Positions 10,483-20,880 of a DNA stretch of 64,000 bases are shown here, in pieces. The translations under genes and the position numbers were made by a program. Source of the DNA: Spirochaetes bacterium ADurb.BinA120 (GTDB lineage: Bacteria; Spirochaetota; UBA4802; UBA5368); contig MVZN01000001.1 of the NCBI GenBank assembly GCA_002069125.1, positions 71,696 to 135,695 of the forward strand, written 5' to 3'. Under the pieces are notes generated by a model, which saw only the letters and a program-made list of their open reading frames with translations, had not been told where the DNA came from and did not search any database. Position 1 is the first letter of the stretch. Every line of letters starts with the position of its first letter.

Positions 10483-11223
10483 TTACGCCCGTATGACGCC
10501 TTGTATGATCTCGATAAGCGGGCGCTGGGGCTTTATGCGCGACGAGATACGCACGGGAAGCCCGGAATAAATTTCGATCGAGTCTTTTAGCGTCGGATGA
10601 GTGAAACGAAGAAAGCATGAATGAAGGCCTATCGCGTCGGGGTCGCCCCGCTCCGGGGAACCGTAACGGAAATCGCCGGTAATGGGGAACCCGCCGGCGG
10701 CGAGCTGGGCGCGGATCTGGTGTTTCCTCCCCGTATGCAGGTTGACCAGGAGGAGGGCGAGATTGGATCCGGCAGCGATCGGGACGTAGGATAGGGAAGC
10801 CTCTTTGGATCCGGGTCCCGCCGAGGCCGCGATGATCGTAGTGTCGCGTCGTCGTTCAAGATGGTGCGTTAGCGTTTTCCATTCCGGATCGTTGCCGGGT
10901 ACGGTCATCGTTCCGGATGGATCGTGCACGAGCGCCGCGTATAGTTTCATCACTCGCCGGTATTTGAACTCGTCGAAAAGCCGTCCCGCCGCCTTGGATG
11001 TCCGTGCGAAGAGCACGGGTCCCGATACGATGCGGTCCAGGCGGTGCGCCGCGCCGAGAAAGACCTCGCCGGGTTTCCCGTATTTTCCCCGGATGTATTC
11101 CTTCACAATATCGATAAGCGCGGTCCTTCCGGTGGCGTCCCGCTGGGTAATCATCCCGGCCGGCTTTTCGACCGCTATCACATGGTTGTCCTCGTATAGT
11201 ATTACCAACTCCATTTGGCGCAT
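10483..11223 (-). CDS. RluA-family pseudouridine synthase
   Basis: motifs HRLDRIVSGPVLFART and HQIRAQLA; start ambiguous (ORF open to 11334). Confidence 0.75.
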   Translation of the reverse strand: MRQMELVILYEDNHVIAVEKPAGMITQRDATGRTALIDIVKEYIRGKYGKPGEVFLGAAHRLDRIVSGPVLFARTSKAAGRLFDEFKYRRVMKLYAALVHDPSGTMTVPGNDPEWKTLTHHLERRRDTTIIAASAGPGSKEASLSYVPIAAGSNLALLLVNLHTGRKHQIRAQLAAGGFPITGDFRYGSPERGDPDAIGLHSCFLRFTHPTLKDSIEIYSGLPVRISSRIKPQRPLIEIIQGVIRA

Positions 11224-11617
11224 CCGTCTCGTTTGCCGCTTTACCTTCCGGAACCGAATTCCGGTACGGGAGGAATCCGATCCGTCATATTGCATCCGGT
11301 CCTCATTAAATAAAAGCACATTATGGCCGGTCAAGCCCGGGGCGCCTTAAAAAGGCCTCCTTTTATACTTTTAAGCGCCATCGTACATCCAGACAACGGT
11401 GAAACGATGCGGGCTCATTTCACCGAGTAAAAATAATACGATGGGGCCGTCTTAAAAGAGCGAAAACGAAGCTTTAAGCGATGAATGTTGAAAGGAAGCG
11501 CATCCCCGCCCCCAAAATCCCCCCATGCGGAGAGGCCGGGGAGGAGCCGTAAGAGGGGCGCACCCTCAATTCAAATACTAACGAACAAATTTATATTGAC
11601 ATCTTTTAGTTTATCGA

Positions 11618-12346
11618 TTGTCAAAGAGTCATAGGAGCGTTCCCCTGGCCCCGGAAGATTTTATTATTATGGATAAAATCTTGCCCTTTTTTGAGAAGGG
11701 GGTACTCTCTCCAATGGAGGCAACCATGACACCGCTCGCTCTCACCGCCATCACGAACTTTCTGTGGGCCAGCCTGTCGTTTTTTCTTGCCGGGATTCTT
11801 TTCGGCGGGATGGATGAGTTCGTAAGCCCTTATGGCGTGTGGGCGGCCGCGATAGCCCTCATGGGACTGGGCGCGCTTATCGGCGGCATCGATCACGGGT
11901 TTTTCGAACCCTTGGGCCGGGAATCGAAAGGCAGGGTGGCGATGCAGAAGATCTCATGGATAGCGGCCGGCGCCATGACCTTTTCCATAGTACTGGTCTG
12001 CGCTCTCCGTTTTTTCGACGGCGCGCTACGCGACATCGTCATGGCCGTCGGGGTCATCCAGTTATGCGTTTTTTGGGCCCTGATTTTTCTGACGGATAAA
12101 TTCCTCGTTGTCATCATAAACTACGCCCCGGTGATGGTTCTTTTCCTGGGGCTCAATATACACGGGCTTTCCACGGGAAGCGGCAGTATGAATCTCGTTT
12201 TTGGCCTGATTATCGCGTTTGCCGCGTCCGCCGTTCAGGTGGCAAGGGTCAATATCTTCCACCCTTTGAATTGGAACGGGCTCTACCATCTGATCATGAT
12301 GCCGGCGACACTGTTTTTTTATCTGGGAGGGCTTGATTTGCGATGA
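11618..12346 (+). CDS. integral membrane protein of unknown function (multi-TM)
   Basis: 242 aa, several hydrophobic helices; start may be internal. Confidence 0.5.
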   Translation: MSKSHRSVPLAPEDFIIMDKILPFFEKGVLSPMEATMTPLALTAITNFLWASLSFFLAGILFGGMDEFVSPYGVWAAAIALMGLGALIGGIDHGFFEPLGRESKGRVAMQKISWIAAGAMTFSIVLVCALRFFDGALRDIVMAVGVIQLCVFWALIFLTDKFLVVIINYAPVMVLFLGLNIHGLSTGSGSMNLVFGLIIAFAASAVQVARVNIFHPLNWNGLYHLIMMPATLFFYLGGLDLR

Positions 12347-12402
12347 TCGTCATCGATCGTGTTTTTGTTTGAGCGCTTAAGCGATTGCGTTAAGGATGGA
12401 AA

Positions 12403-12975
12403 ATGGCAACACGGGGCGCATACGGCGTAAAAATTGACGGGAAATATTTACTCAACTATCATCATTTCGATTCCTATCCGGGATGGCTGGGCAAGGAGAT
12501 CTGCGCGCTTGTCGTAAGAATAAACGGCGAGAACGGCTGGGGCACATTTCGCGAAAAGTTTCTTTCCGTCGTACCGGTTTATCCGGGTGACGCAGCCCCC
12601 GACGAGTTCGTCCGGAAGTACTGGAATCCGCACGAAGACCGCGCGCCGGGACAGGGAACGGTGGAGTGGTACAATCTTCTTCAGGGCTTCCGCGGAGCCA
12701 GACTGCTTTCGGCGATTTACGACAGGGACATTCACCATTTTCCGGTGGCGAACGATTTTCTTCTCGATTCGGCCTGCGAATACGGGTACGTTATCAACCT
12801 CGATGACATGACGCTCGAGTATTACCGGGGCCTTCAGCGGAGCCCGCAGCCGGAGAACCCCCACGGTACGAAACCCAATATAGACGGCTATTACCCCTGC
12901 CGGCTGGCCGCGATATTCCCTCTTGCGGAGGTAACCGCCGTGACGTTCATGGAGATGTTGGACGACGCCGATTAG
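12403..12975 (+). CDS. hypothetical protein
   Basis: 190 aa ORF with backbone codon usage; no recognised motif. Confidence 0.45.
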   Translation: MATRGAYGVKIDGKYLLNYHHFDSYPGWLGKEICALVVRINGENGWGTFREKFLSVVPVYPGDAAPDEFVRKYWNPHEDRAPGQGTVEWYNLLQGFRGARLLSAIYDRDIHHFPVANDFLLDSACEYGYVINLDDMTLEYYRGLQRSPQPENPHGTKPNIDGYYPCRLAAIFPLAEVTAVTFMEMLDDAD

Positions 12976-14105
12976 CGCTCCAGCACGCAGACGGTTTCGA
13001 TGTGCATGGTGCCGGGAAACATGTCGATTAAAGTCAACCCGCCAGTACTGTAACCGGCGTCGATAAAAACCCTCAGATCGCGGGCGAATGTGGCCGGATC
13101 GCATGAAACGTAGACGATCCTGGAGGGGGAGACTCCCATAATCGCTTTCCTGGCCCCGGGCGAAAGCCCGGACCGGGGCGGGTCGACGATGACCGTGTCC
13201 AAGGTTCGAGTTCCCGTGTTGAACGAGCCGGCGTCACCCACTAGAAATTTAACGGTCGCTATCCCATTGAGGCGTGCGTTTTTCCGCGCCCAGAATATGG
13301 ATCTTCTGTCGCGGTCGATGCCTGTTCCCCGGTTCCAGTTTTTGGCCAGGTGGAGAGAGAAAAAACCCGAACCGCAGCCTATGTCCAGAAAACGCGTTCC
13401 GGGCTCCAGTCGGGCGAGGTTGCCGACGGCCAGAAGCATTTTTCCCCTCAGGAACCGGTTCGCCTGGAAAAATCCTAAAATATGTCGCCGATATACTATG
13501 CCCGCCTCTCTTTCCTCCAGCGTAATATCGCCCTCGTAAGAGCGGAACACCCGTCCAGTCGAGTCCTCCGCTATCCTGAATTCCCCCAGTCCCGCTGGGG
13601 GGGCCTCTTTCAGTGCGTCATTGACGCCTTCGGATACAAGCAGGCATCCGGAGGAGGGGAATGGGACGAGCGTGGATGTTCCAGCGGCGAAAAGTCCCGT
13701 CCTGCCGTCTTCATATTTTACGGTGGCATGACTGCGGTATCCAAAGCGCGGTCCATCGATGGAAAGCGGCGGCGGCATTGCGTCCCGCCGGATGCCGCCG
13801 ATACGCTCGACACACTCGTGGAGAATGTCCCTTTTGATCTCCAGTTCATGCGCGTAGGAGATCCCGAGATAGGCGCAGCCGCCGCAGCGCCCGAAGTTCG
13901 GGCATTCCGGAGCGATTCTCATGGTCGAGGGCTCGATTAGATCGACGATTTCGGCGAAGGCGTGGTTCTTCTTGCGAAGGGTGATTGAAGCGCGCACACG
14001 GTCCCCGGGGAAAGAATAGGGGACAAAGACGGCCATTCCATCCGCAAAGGCAAGGCCGTAGCCGCCATGGGCGGCCCTGACAATTTCGAGCATGATCGTT
14101 TGCAT
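12972..14105 (-). CDS. 23S rRNA (uracil-C5)-methyltransferase RlmD/RumA family (TRAM + SAM MTase)
   Basis: TRAM-like N-terminus, Cys cluster (CPNFGRCGGC), SAM motif LDIGCGSGFFSL, VIVDPPRSGL; likely start MQTIML at 14105 (ORF open to 14312). Confidence 0.8.
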   Translation of the reverse strand: MQTIMLEIVRAAHGGYGLAFADGMAVFVPYSFPGDRVRASITLRKKNHAFAEIVDLIEPSTMRIAPECPNFGRCGGCAYLGISYAHELEIKRDILHECVERIGGIRRDAMPPPLSIDGPRFGYRSHATVKYEDGRTGLFAAGTSTLVPFPSSGCLLVSEGVNDALKEAPPAGLGEFRIAEDSTGRVFRSYEGDITLEEREAGIVYRRHILGFFQANRFLRGKMLLAVGNLARLEPGTRFLDIGCGSGFFSLHLAKNWNRGTGIDRDRRSIFWARKNARLNGIATVKFLVGDAGSFNTGTRTLDTVIVDPPRSGLSPGARKAIMGVSPSRIVYVSCDPATFARDLRVFIDAGYSTGGLTLIDMFPGTMHIETVCVLER

Positions 14106-14310
14106 AAAAGAGGATGAGCGATGTGTTCCCGGTAAATGCAAGCGGGAAATGATACAGGAACGAAGGGGCAACCGCTCTTCAGTATGAAAAGCGTTTGACA
14201 TAGCACGATTTTTATGGCCCGCTAAGCCCGAGGAAGTGAACGGAGCGCGGCGCCGGGAATGATCATCCTCCTGAACCACAAGGGGGGAGATCCGTTGAAG
14301 GAGGAAATCC

Positions 14311-15255
14311 ATGGGCAGGACCGCCTATTGTTTCGATCCGCTTTTCCTGGAGCACCAGACGGAATGGGGACATCCCGAGCGTGCCGAGCGGCTTATCGCC
14401 ATAGATACTCTGCTTAAGACGCGCCCCTATTACGAAGACCTGGTGCGCGTGGCCCCGAGAAGGGCGGACTCGAAGCATATAGAGCTGGTGCACGATCCGG
14501 CGTATATAAAGCGCGCGAGGGAGGAGATAGAGCGGGGCGATGATTATTTCGATTCCATGGATACGTCGGTCTGCAGGCGCTCCTACGAAATAGCCCTGTA
14601 TGCCGCGGGCGGAGCTCTAACAATGTGCGACACGATAATGGAAGGCAGGGCCGATTACGGTTTCTGCGCGGTTCGCCCGCCGGGGCATCACGCCGAGAGG
14701 GACTATGCCGCGGGTTTCTGCATCTTTAATAACGTCGCGATCGCGGCACGCTACCTCCAGACACGGTACAAACTCAAGCGCATCGCGATCGTCGACTGGG
14801 ACGTTCATCACGGCAACGGCACCCAGCACATGTTCGAGAAGGACCCCACGGTGTTCTACGCGAGCACCCACCAGTTTCCCTATTATCCCGGGACCGGCTC
14901 GCTTATGGAGAAGGGCAAGGCCGACGGCGAAAATTTTACGCTCAACATCCCCATGGACGCCGGAAGCGGCGACGAGGAATACCGCGAGGCGTTCAGGGAC
15001 CGAATCATTCCGGCCCTCGACTCCTTCCGGCCCGAATTTATACTGATCTCGGCGGGATTCGACGCACACCGTAACGATCCCCTCGCCGGAATAAACCTGT
15101 CGACCGCCATGTTCGGGGAATTCACGAAAATGCTTGTGGATGCCGCGGCGCGGCATTCGAAGAATCGCGTCATCGCGCTGCTTGAGGGCGGCTACAACCT
15201 CGACGCGCTGGCCGCGAGCGTCGAGCGGATGATGAGCGTCTTTGTCGGCGGCTGA
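14311..15255 (+). CDS. histone deacetylase superfamily / acetoin-utilization AcuC-like deacetylase
   Basis: 314 aa, HDAC-fold motifs (PPGHHA, DWDVHHGNGTQ). Confidence 0.85.
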   Translation: MGRTAYCFDPLFLEHQTEWGHPERAERLIAIDTLLKTRPYYEDLVRVAPRRADSKHIELVHDPAYIKRAREEIERGDDYFDSMDTSVCRRSYEIALYAAGGALTMCDTIMEGRADYGFCAVRPPGHHAERDYAAGFCIFNNVAIAARYLQTRYKLKRIAIVDWDVHHGNGTQHMFEKDPTVFYASTHQFPYYPGTGSLMEKGKADGENFTLNIPMDAGSGDEEYREAFRDRIIPALDSFRPEFILISAGFDAHRNDPLAGINLSTAMFGEFTKMLVDAAARHSKNRVIALLEGGYNLDALAASVERMMSVFVGG

Positions 15256-15256
15256 A

Positions 15257-16507
15257 TCAACCGGCGAGAATTCCAAGGACGTATTCAACGTACAGCACCG
15301 CGATGGAAATAATGAAGCTTGCGAGCGTCACCGCCATGCCCACCTTAAAAAACGGCAGAAAGCGGATCGCGACACCCTCCTCGCGCGCGCTCTCGATGAC
15401 TATTAGGTTGGCCATTGCGCCTATAATGGTCGCGTTTCCGGCGAGCGTCGCGCTCGAGGCGAGCGCGAGCCACAGAAGCTCGCTTGAGGCCGTCTTCATC
15501 ACTGGGAGCATGACGATGGTATAGGGAACATTGCTAACGATCTGAGAGAGAAAAAGGCCGAGACCGTGAAGCATGCCGAGGCCGGCCAGGTCCGCGGACA
15601 AAGGGGCATGCTCGATGAGCGGATCGAGGAGCCCGGCGCGTTCCACACCGTCCACCACTATGAAAAGCCCCGCGAAAAAAACGAGCAGCACCCAGTCGAC
15701 CTGTTTGATGACCCTCGAAGGGCGTATCCTTCCGAAAAGCAGCACCAGCGAGGCCCCGAGTAGAGCGATGACCGGTATCGGTATATCCAGCATGGGACTG
15801 AGGAAAAACATGATAATGACCAGCAGGAAAACGGGCACGGAGACCTTCATGGACCGGTAATCGTATTCGAAACCGTCGCCGTTGAAGCTGATCGCCCGTG
15901 ACTCGCGGAAATCCTCGCGGAAGAACAGCTTGATGATTACGATGAGAACTATCATGCCGAGCAGCGACACCGGCATGAGATGCAGAAGGAAACGACCGTA
16001 AGCGATCCCCGAGTTGATTCCGATGAGTATGTTCTGCGGGTTTCCAGTGATCGTCATGGCGCTTCCTATGTTGGAGGCCATAATTTCCGCGAAGAGATAC
16101 GGTATCGGGTCGAGCCCTCCGGAACGGCAGATGCGCAGTATTACCGGGGTGAACAGCAAGACGACAGCATCGTTTACCAGGAAGGCGCTTGCTATGCCGG
16201 TTGCGAATACGACGAGCGTAAGCAACTGGGAGGTGTTACGCGAGAACGCAATGGTGGTCCGGGCGATGAGCGTGAAAAATCCGTCGAGTTCGAGCACCGA
16301 GATGAGAATCATCATGCCGAGAAGAAGGAAGATTGTGTTGAAATCGATGGACCGTACGGCCTCGTCCATGGAGAGAACCCCGAAGAGTATCATCGCCACA
16401 GCGCCGAAGAATGCCGCTGAGGGCCTGTCGATATTGACGCCGGGGAGGCGCGTGAAGATGATTCCCGTATAGGTCAGGATGAAAATGACGATCGCAACGG
16501 TGTTCAT
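15257..16507 (-). CDS. ArsB/NhaD (CitMHS) superfamily ion transporter
   Basis: 416 aa polytopic membrane protein with duplicated permease halves. Confidence 0.7.
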   Translation of the reverse strand: MNTVAIVIFILTYTGIIFTRLPGVNIDRPSAAFFGAVAMILFGVLSMDEAVRSIDFNTIFLLLGMMILISVLELDGFFTLIARTTIAFSRNTSQLLTLVVFATGIASAFLVNDAVVLLFTPVILRICRSGGLDPIPYLFAEIMASNIGSAMTITGNPQNILIGINSGIAYGRFLLHLMPVSLLGMIVLIVIIKLFFREDFRESRAISFNGDGFEYDYRSMKVSVPVFLLVIIMFFLSPMLDIPIPVIALLGASLVLLFGRIRPSRVIKQVDWVLLVFFAGLFIVVDGVERAGLLDPLIEHAPLSADLAGLGMLHGLGLFLSQIVSNVPYTIVMLPVMKTASSELLWLALASSATLAGNATIIGAMANLIVIESAREEGVAIRFLPFFKVGMAVTLASFIISIAVLYVEYVLGILAG

Positions 16508-16699
16508 TCCAGTAATCCAGTGTCGCCTTATGTATGGTCGCCTCGGTCGGGAAACGGTTCCGTTTTATAGTAGAAGCTGTAGAGAACCGGTCGGCCGCCA
16601 AAATTGCGGAAACAGCAACGAACCAGGCGACAGATCGCTTGGGATTTTTGATTATCGCAAGCATTATTTTGGCTGAATTGAACGAGGGCCGGAAGATCG

Positions 16700-16740
16700 G
16701 ATAAAGCCGCCCGGGGGCGGCTTTATCCGGCTTGAACAGT
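16700..16740 (-). terminator. GC-rich hairpin (ggataaagccgcc...ggcggctttatcc) just downstream of rbr stop
   Basis: 13-bp perfect stem, weak U-tract. Confidence 0.5.
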
Positions 16741-16743
16741 TTG

Positions 16744-17361
16744 CTAAAAATGGTCGCAGAGGAGCTCGAAGTAGGCCCTGGGGTGCTCGCATGTCGGGCA
16801 CTTGTCGGGAGGCTCGTTGCCCTCGTGGATATATCCGCAGTTGCGGCATATCCATTTTTCCTTAGTTTCCCTTTTAAAGACCCTTCCTTCCTTGAGGTTC
16901 TTTAGGAGCATGAGATAGCGCTGCTCGTGATGGACCTCTACCTCGGCGACCTTGCGAAAGAGAAATGCGATGTCCTTAAAGCCCTCCTCCTCGGCGATCC
17001 TCGCCGCTTCGGGATAGAGCTTCGTATGCTCAATGTTTTCGCCTTCCGCTGCCTCCTTGAGGTTTTCTGCGGTGGTTCCGATAACGCCCGCCGGATATGA
17101 GGCGGTTATCTCCACTTCCCCTCCCTCGAGAAATTTGAAGAAACGCTTGGCGTGTTCCTTCTCGTTTTCGGCCGTCTCGAGGAATATGGCGGCTATCTGC
17201 TCATAGCCTTCCTTTTTAGCCGCCGACGCGAAATAGGTGTACCTGTTTCTTGCCTGCGACTCCCCGGCAAAGGCTGCCAGCAGGTTCTTTTCGGTTTTGG
17301 TGCCCTTTACGCTTTTCATGTGTCCTCCAATCGATGATGGTTCCAGTCTAATAATCCGCAA
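16744..17361 (-). CDS. rbr: rubrerythrin (diiron domain + C-terminal rubredoxin-like CxxC...CxxC)
   Basis: 205 aa, ferritin-like ExxH motifs plus CRNCGY...CPTCEHP. Confidence 0.9.
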   Translation of the reverse strand: MRIIRLEPSSIGGHMKSVKGTKTEKNLLAAFAGESQARNRYTYFASAAKKEGYEQIAAIFLETAENEKEHAKRFFKFLEGGEVEITASYPAGVIGTTAENLKEAAEGENIEHTKLYPEAARIAEEEGFKDIAFLFRKVAEVEVHHEQRYLMLLKNLKEGRVFKRETKEKWICRNCGYIHEGNEPPDKCPTCEHPRAYFELLCDHF

Positions 17362-17460
17362 AGATTATCGCGGCCTCTGCCGTACAGGGTCTTGCCGACC
17401 GGCTCGTGAAGAGAAGCATACGGGAATGCCGCCTCCCGAACCGGTCGGCGCGGGGCCGGT

Positions 17461-17838
17461 TTAGGCCTTCCAGAGTCCGTGCAGGTTGCAGTATTCCCGG
17501 GCGATCGGTTTATCGGCGCTTACTTTAAAAAGCGCCTCGGGGGAGTCGCCGGGGTTTAAAAACTGGCGATAGCTCTTTCCGTTAGCTATCAACTGCACCC
17601 ACATTATCCAGTGCTTTTCTTCCATGGGATGCGGCACGCCTCCCACCTTCACCTTGATGCCGTCGGCGGTCTTTTCGATCTCGGGAACGTGCTTCTCTTT
17701 CGAGGCATCGGTGGTGTTCTCTACGAGGAGTTGCATGGGCTTGCCGCAGCAAACGAGCTCGCCGCCTCCCACAAACAGCACCTCCACCATATTCCCGCAT
17801 ACGCTGCATTTATAGACTTCAAGCTTTTCTTTAACCAT
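17461..17838 (-). CDS. dfx: desulfoferrodoxin (2Fe superoxide reductase)
   Basis: 125 aa; N-terminal desulforedoxin CxxC...CC centre and C-terminal SOR domain. Confidence 0.85.
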   Translation of the reverse strand: MVKEKLEVYKCSVCGNMVEVLFVGGGELVCCGKPMQLLVENTTDASKEKHVPEIEKTADGIKVKVGGVPHPMEEKHWIMWVQLIANGKSYRQFLNPGDSPEALFKVSADKPIAREYCNLHGLWKA

Positions 17839-17885
17839 ATTCCCTCCTGGGTATTATTAGTGCTGGCCGGCTCTTTGCAGGGGCC

Positions 17886-18890
17886 CTATTTGGTGATCAT
17901 CACCTTGCCGCGAAATATCCGGTACACGTAAAAAGTATAAAAAATGACGATCGGCATGCCTATGAGAGCGATGTAAAGCATCACCCAAAGCGTCTTCTCA
18001 CTCGAAGAGGCGTTGTAAAGGGTGATGTTGAGCGACGCGTTCCCAGTGGCGCGCACGAGGTTGGGAAACTGCGTAGCCCCCACGATGCCCCATAGCCCCA
18101 AAAGGGCCAGGGATGACATTGCGAACGAGAGGCCCGTTTTACCTCCGGACGCAAAGAGGCGGCACAAAAGCCAGGCCGCAATCGAAACCGCGGCCGAAAT
18201 CCATACAAGCGGATTGGAAAGGCTTTCCGGCATGTACACTATAGTGGCCGCAAACGAAAGCGCCATAGCCGCGATAAACAGCCCCCACACCCGACCGAAG
18301 ATGGAGCGCGCCCGGTTCTGAACGGCGCCGTCCGTCTTCATGGCGATATATGTAACTCCCTGCAGCAGAATGGCGAAGAGGCCGAGAAGGCCAATGGCGA
18401 GCGGGTAGGGGCGCAGGAGCGTGAAGAAATTACCTGTAAATTCCATGGATTCGGCCAGCGGTATGCCGACCATTACATTGCCGAGCGCGACCCCGTAAAG
18501 CAGTGACGGAAGCAGGCTTCCGGCCACGAAGGCCGCGCTCCACAGGCCGCGCCGTTTTTCGTCATAGTACCAGAATTCCATGGAGACGGCCCGGAAGATG
18601 AGCGCGAAAAGGACGAGCATGAAGGCAAGGTAGAAGCCGCTGAACACTGTCGCGTAGGCGTGTGGAAAGGCCGCGAAAAGGGCCGCGCCTCCCGTAACAA
18701 GCCAGACCTCGTTGCCGTCCCAGAAGGGCCAAATGGAGTTGAAGACCACAAGCTTCTCCTCATCGTCCGCGGCGAGGAAGGGCAGAAGCGAGCCCGCGCC
18801 AAGGTCGAAACCGTCGAGCAACGCATAGCCGGCCAGAAGCGCTCCAATAAGCGCAAACCAGGATGTCTGTAAAAATGTCAGTGTTTCCAT
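17886..18890 (-). CDS. cydB: cytochrome bd ubiquinol oxidase subunit II
   Basis: 334 aa polytopic, CydB-like N-terminus, immediately downstream of cydA. Confidence 0.9.
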   Translation of the reverse strand: METLTFLQTSWFALIGALLAGYALLDGFDLGAGSLLPFLAADDEEKLVVFNSIWPFWDGNEVWLVTGGAALFAAFPHAYATVFSGFYLAFMLVLFALIFRAVSMEFWYYDEKRRGLWSAAFVAGSLLPSLLYGVALGNVMVGIPLAESMEFTGNFFTLLRPYPLAIGLLGLFAILLQGVTYIAMKTDGAVQNRARSIFGRVWGLFIAAMALSFAATIVYMPESLSNPLVWISAAVSIAAWLLCRLFASGGKTGLSFAMSSLALLGLWGIVGATQFPNLVRATGNASLNITLYNASSSEKTLWVMLYIALIGMPIVIFYTFYVYRIFRGKVMITK

Positions 18891-18920
18891 GGCGGGCTCC
18901 CCTTTTTATCGGACTCCGTG

Positions 18921-20249
18921 TCAGTATCCCCCGGCCTTCGCGCCGGGTCCCTTTTTAACGATCTTCAAGAGGATGGCGACGAACACCGTAAAAAGGAGCA
19001 GGTAAATCATGGAGAACATTATCAGAGAGAAGAGCACCTGCCAGGCGGGCACCACGACGGAGACCGCGTCGGCTGTTTTCAGAACGCGGTAAACCGCCCA
19101 GGGCTGGCGGCCCACCTCGGCGGAGATCCATCCGAATTCGTTGGCCAGATGAGGCAGCGAAATGGCGGCGATCATGGATACAAGAAACCATTTCGAGGCG
19201 TATGCCGTTTGGCGAATGAGCATGAACGCCGAAAGAACGGCTAAAAGCGCGAAAAGCGATCCGAGCGCGATCATGACATGATACGACATGAACGGAAGCA
19301 AGACCGGCGGTCGCTCGTCGGGCCCGAACTCATCCAGCCCCATAATCTTCGCGTTGGGGTCGAAATGGACGAGGAGGCTCAGGAGCTTTGGAATGGAAAC
19401 CTCCAGATATGTTTTCCGTTCGCTCTCCACGGGAATGCCGAAGAGCGAGAGCGGGGCGCCTTCGGTGGTTTTCCACAGCGCCTCGAAGGCGGCCATCTTC
19501 TCAGGTTGCGTCTTCGCCACCTGGACCGAGCTCGAATGCCCTGAGGCGAATTGGGCCAGTGCGGAGAATATGAAAATTATAAGCGATATCTTCATGATGA
19601 TTTTCGGCATCGCCTCGTGCCGTTTGTTGAGCAGGTACCATGCGGCGATTCCCGCGAGAAACAGCGTGCCGGTTATCCAGCCGGCCAGCATGGTGTGCAG
19701 AAAGCGTATTACTGTGGACGGATTGAAGACGGCGGCATTGAAGTCGGTAAGCACCGCGCGTCCTCCCTCAATAGCGAATCCGGCCGGGGTCTGCATCCAG
19801 GAGTTTGCTATAATGATCCAGAACCCGGAAAGGTGCGAGCCCAAAAAGACCAAAAAGGCCGACACCCAGTACATGCGTCTCGAAACACGGTTACGGCCGA
19901 AAAGAAGCACACCCAGAAACACCGATTCCAGGAAGAAGGCCAGGATGCCCTCCGCTGCGAGCGGCGCCCCGAAGATGTCGCCGACAAGCCGCGAGTACTG
20001 CGCCCAGTTCGTGCCGAACGAAAACTCCAGGACGATGCCCGTGGCGACGCCAAGGGCGAAAATCAGCCCAAGGATCTTGATGAGGAACGCCGAGATCGTT
20101 TTATAGATCTCCTCGCCGGATTTTAGGAACAGTGTCTCGATCACCAGGATAACCAGCGTTATCCCCAGGGTAAGCGGCGGGAAGATAAAATGAAACCCGG
20201 CCGCGACGGCGAATTGTATTCTGGAAAGCAGAACGACGTCCAATGTCAA
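18921..20249 (-). CDS. cydA: cytochrome bd ubiquinol oxidase subunit I
   Basis: 442 aa, CydA N-terminus (LSRIQFA...), Q-loop region. Confidence 0.92.
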   Translation of the reverse strand: MTLDVVLLSRIQFAVAAGFHFIFPPLTLGITLVILVIETLFLKSGEEIYKTISAFLIKILGLIFALGVATGIVLEFSFGTNWAQYSRLVGDIFGAPLAAEGILAFFLESVFLGVLLFGRNRVSRRMYWVSAFLVFLGSHLSGFWIIIANSWMQTPAGFAIEGGRAVLTDFNAAVFNPSTVIRFLHTMLAGWITGTLFLAGIAAWYLLNKRHEAMPKIIMKISLIIFIFSALAQFASGHSSSVQVAKTQPEKMAAFEALWKTTEGAPLSLFGIPVESERKTYLEVSIPKLLSLLVHFDPNAKIMGLDEFGPDERPPVLLPFMSYHVMIALGSLFALLAVLSAFMLIRQTAYASKWFLVSMIAAISLPHLANEFGWISAEVGRQPWAVYRVLKTADAVSVVVPAWQVLFSLIMFSMIYLLLFTVFVAILLKIVKKGPGAKAGGY

Positions 20250-20267
20250 CCTCCCCGGCGGGCTGTC

Positions 20268-20429
20268 TTACTTCACGACCTCGAAAGCGTCCTTCTCCGC
20301 GCCGCAGACAGGACACACCCAGTCCTCCGGCAGGTCTTCGAACGGGGTGCCGGGTTTCACTCCGTTGTCCGGGTCCCCCTCCGCGGGATCGTAGATGTAG
20401 CCGCATACCGTACATAAGTATTTCTTCAT
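20268..20429 (-). CDS. rubredoxin (53 aa; below ORF-track size cutoff)
   Basis: hand translation [53 protein letters not shown]: two CxxCG knuckles and the rubredoxin signature; GGAGG RBS 7 nt upstream. Confidence 0.88.
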   Translation of the reverse strand: MKKYLCTVCGYIYDPAEGDPDNGVKPGTPFEDLPEDWVCPVCGAEKDAFEVVK

Positions 20430-20508
20430 GACAGTCCTCCTCTATGGTAATTGTAATAAGGTTCGCCTGAAACGTTAAAATGCCGGCGGCTTGTCCGCGG
20501 CCGGCCGA

Positions 20509-20733
20509 TCAGGATCTCTTTTCAGCGGTATATCCCGCGCCTTTTATCGCGTTCATTAAGGCGTCCGTATCCGCCGTTCCTTCGACCTCGACCAGCTTTC
20601 GGTCCAGATCGATATTGACCCCTGTCACGCCCTCGACACGCCCGAGGGCTTCCTCGATGCGGCGGACGCAGTGCTGGCATGACATATCGTTGACTGTAAA
20701 TTCCACCCCTTGACTCCTTTTTACTGGTTTCAC
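20509..20733 (-). CDS. heavy-metal-associated (HMA) domain protein, CopZ-like metallochaperone
   Basis: 74 aa with MSCQHC metal-binding motif. Confidence 0.7.
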   Translation of the reverse strand: MKPVKRSQGVEFTVNDMSCQHCVRRIEEALGRVEGVTGVNIDLDRKLVEVEGTADTDALMNAIKGAGYTAEKRS

Positions 20734-20880
20734 GGAGGTTCGGCTATCCTAATGTTCCGCCGCGGTGAAATCAAGCACTATTCATCCCGTTGTATTATCC
20801 GCCCTTGGGCGGAGGACACGGCCGGAGAATTCGAAGCCCGACGAGGCGGCCATGTATCCGTGATGTGACCGGCGCTAATG

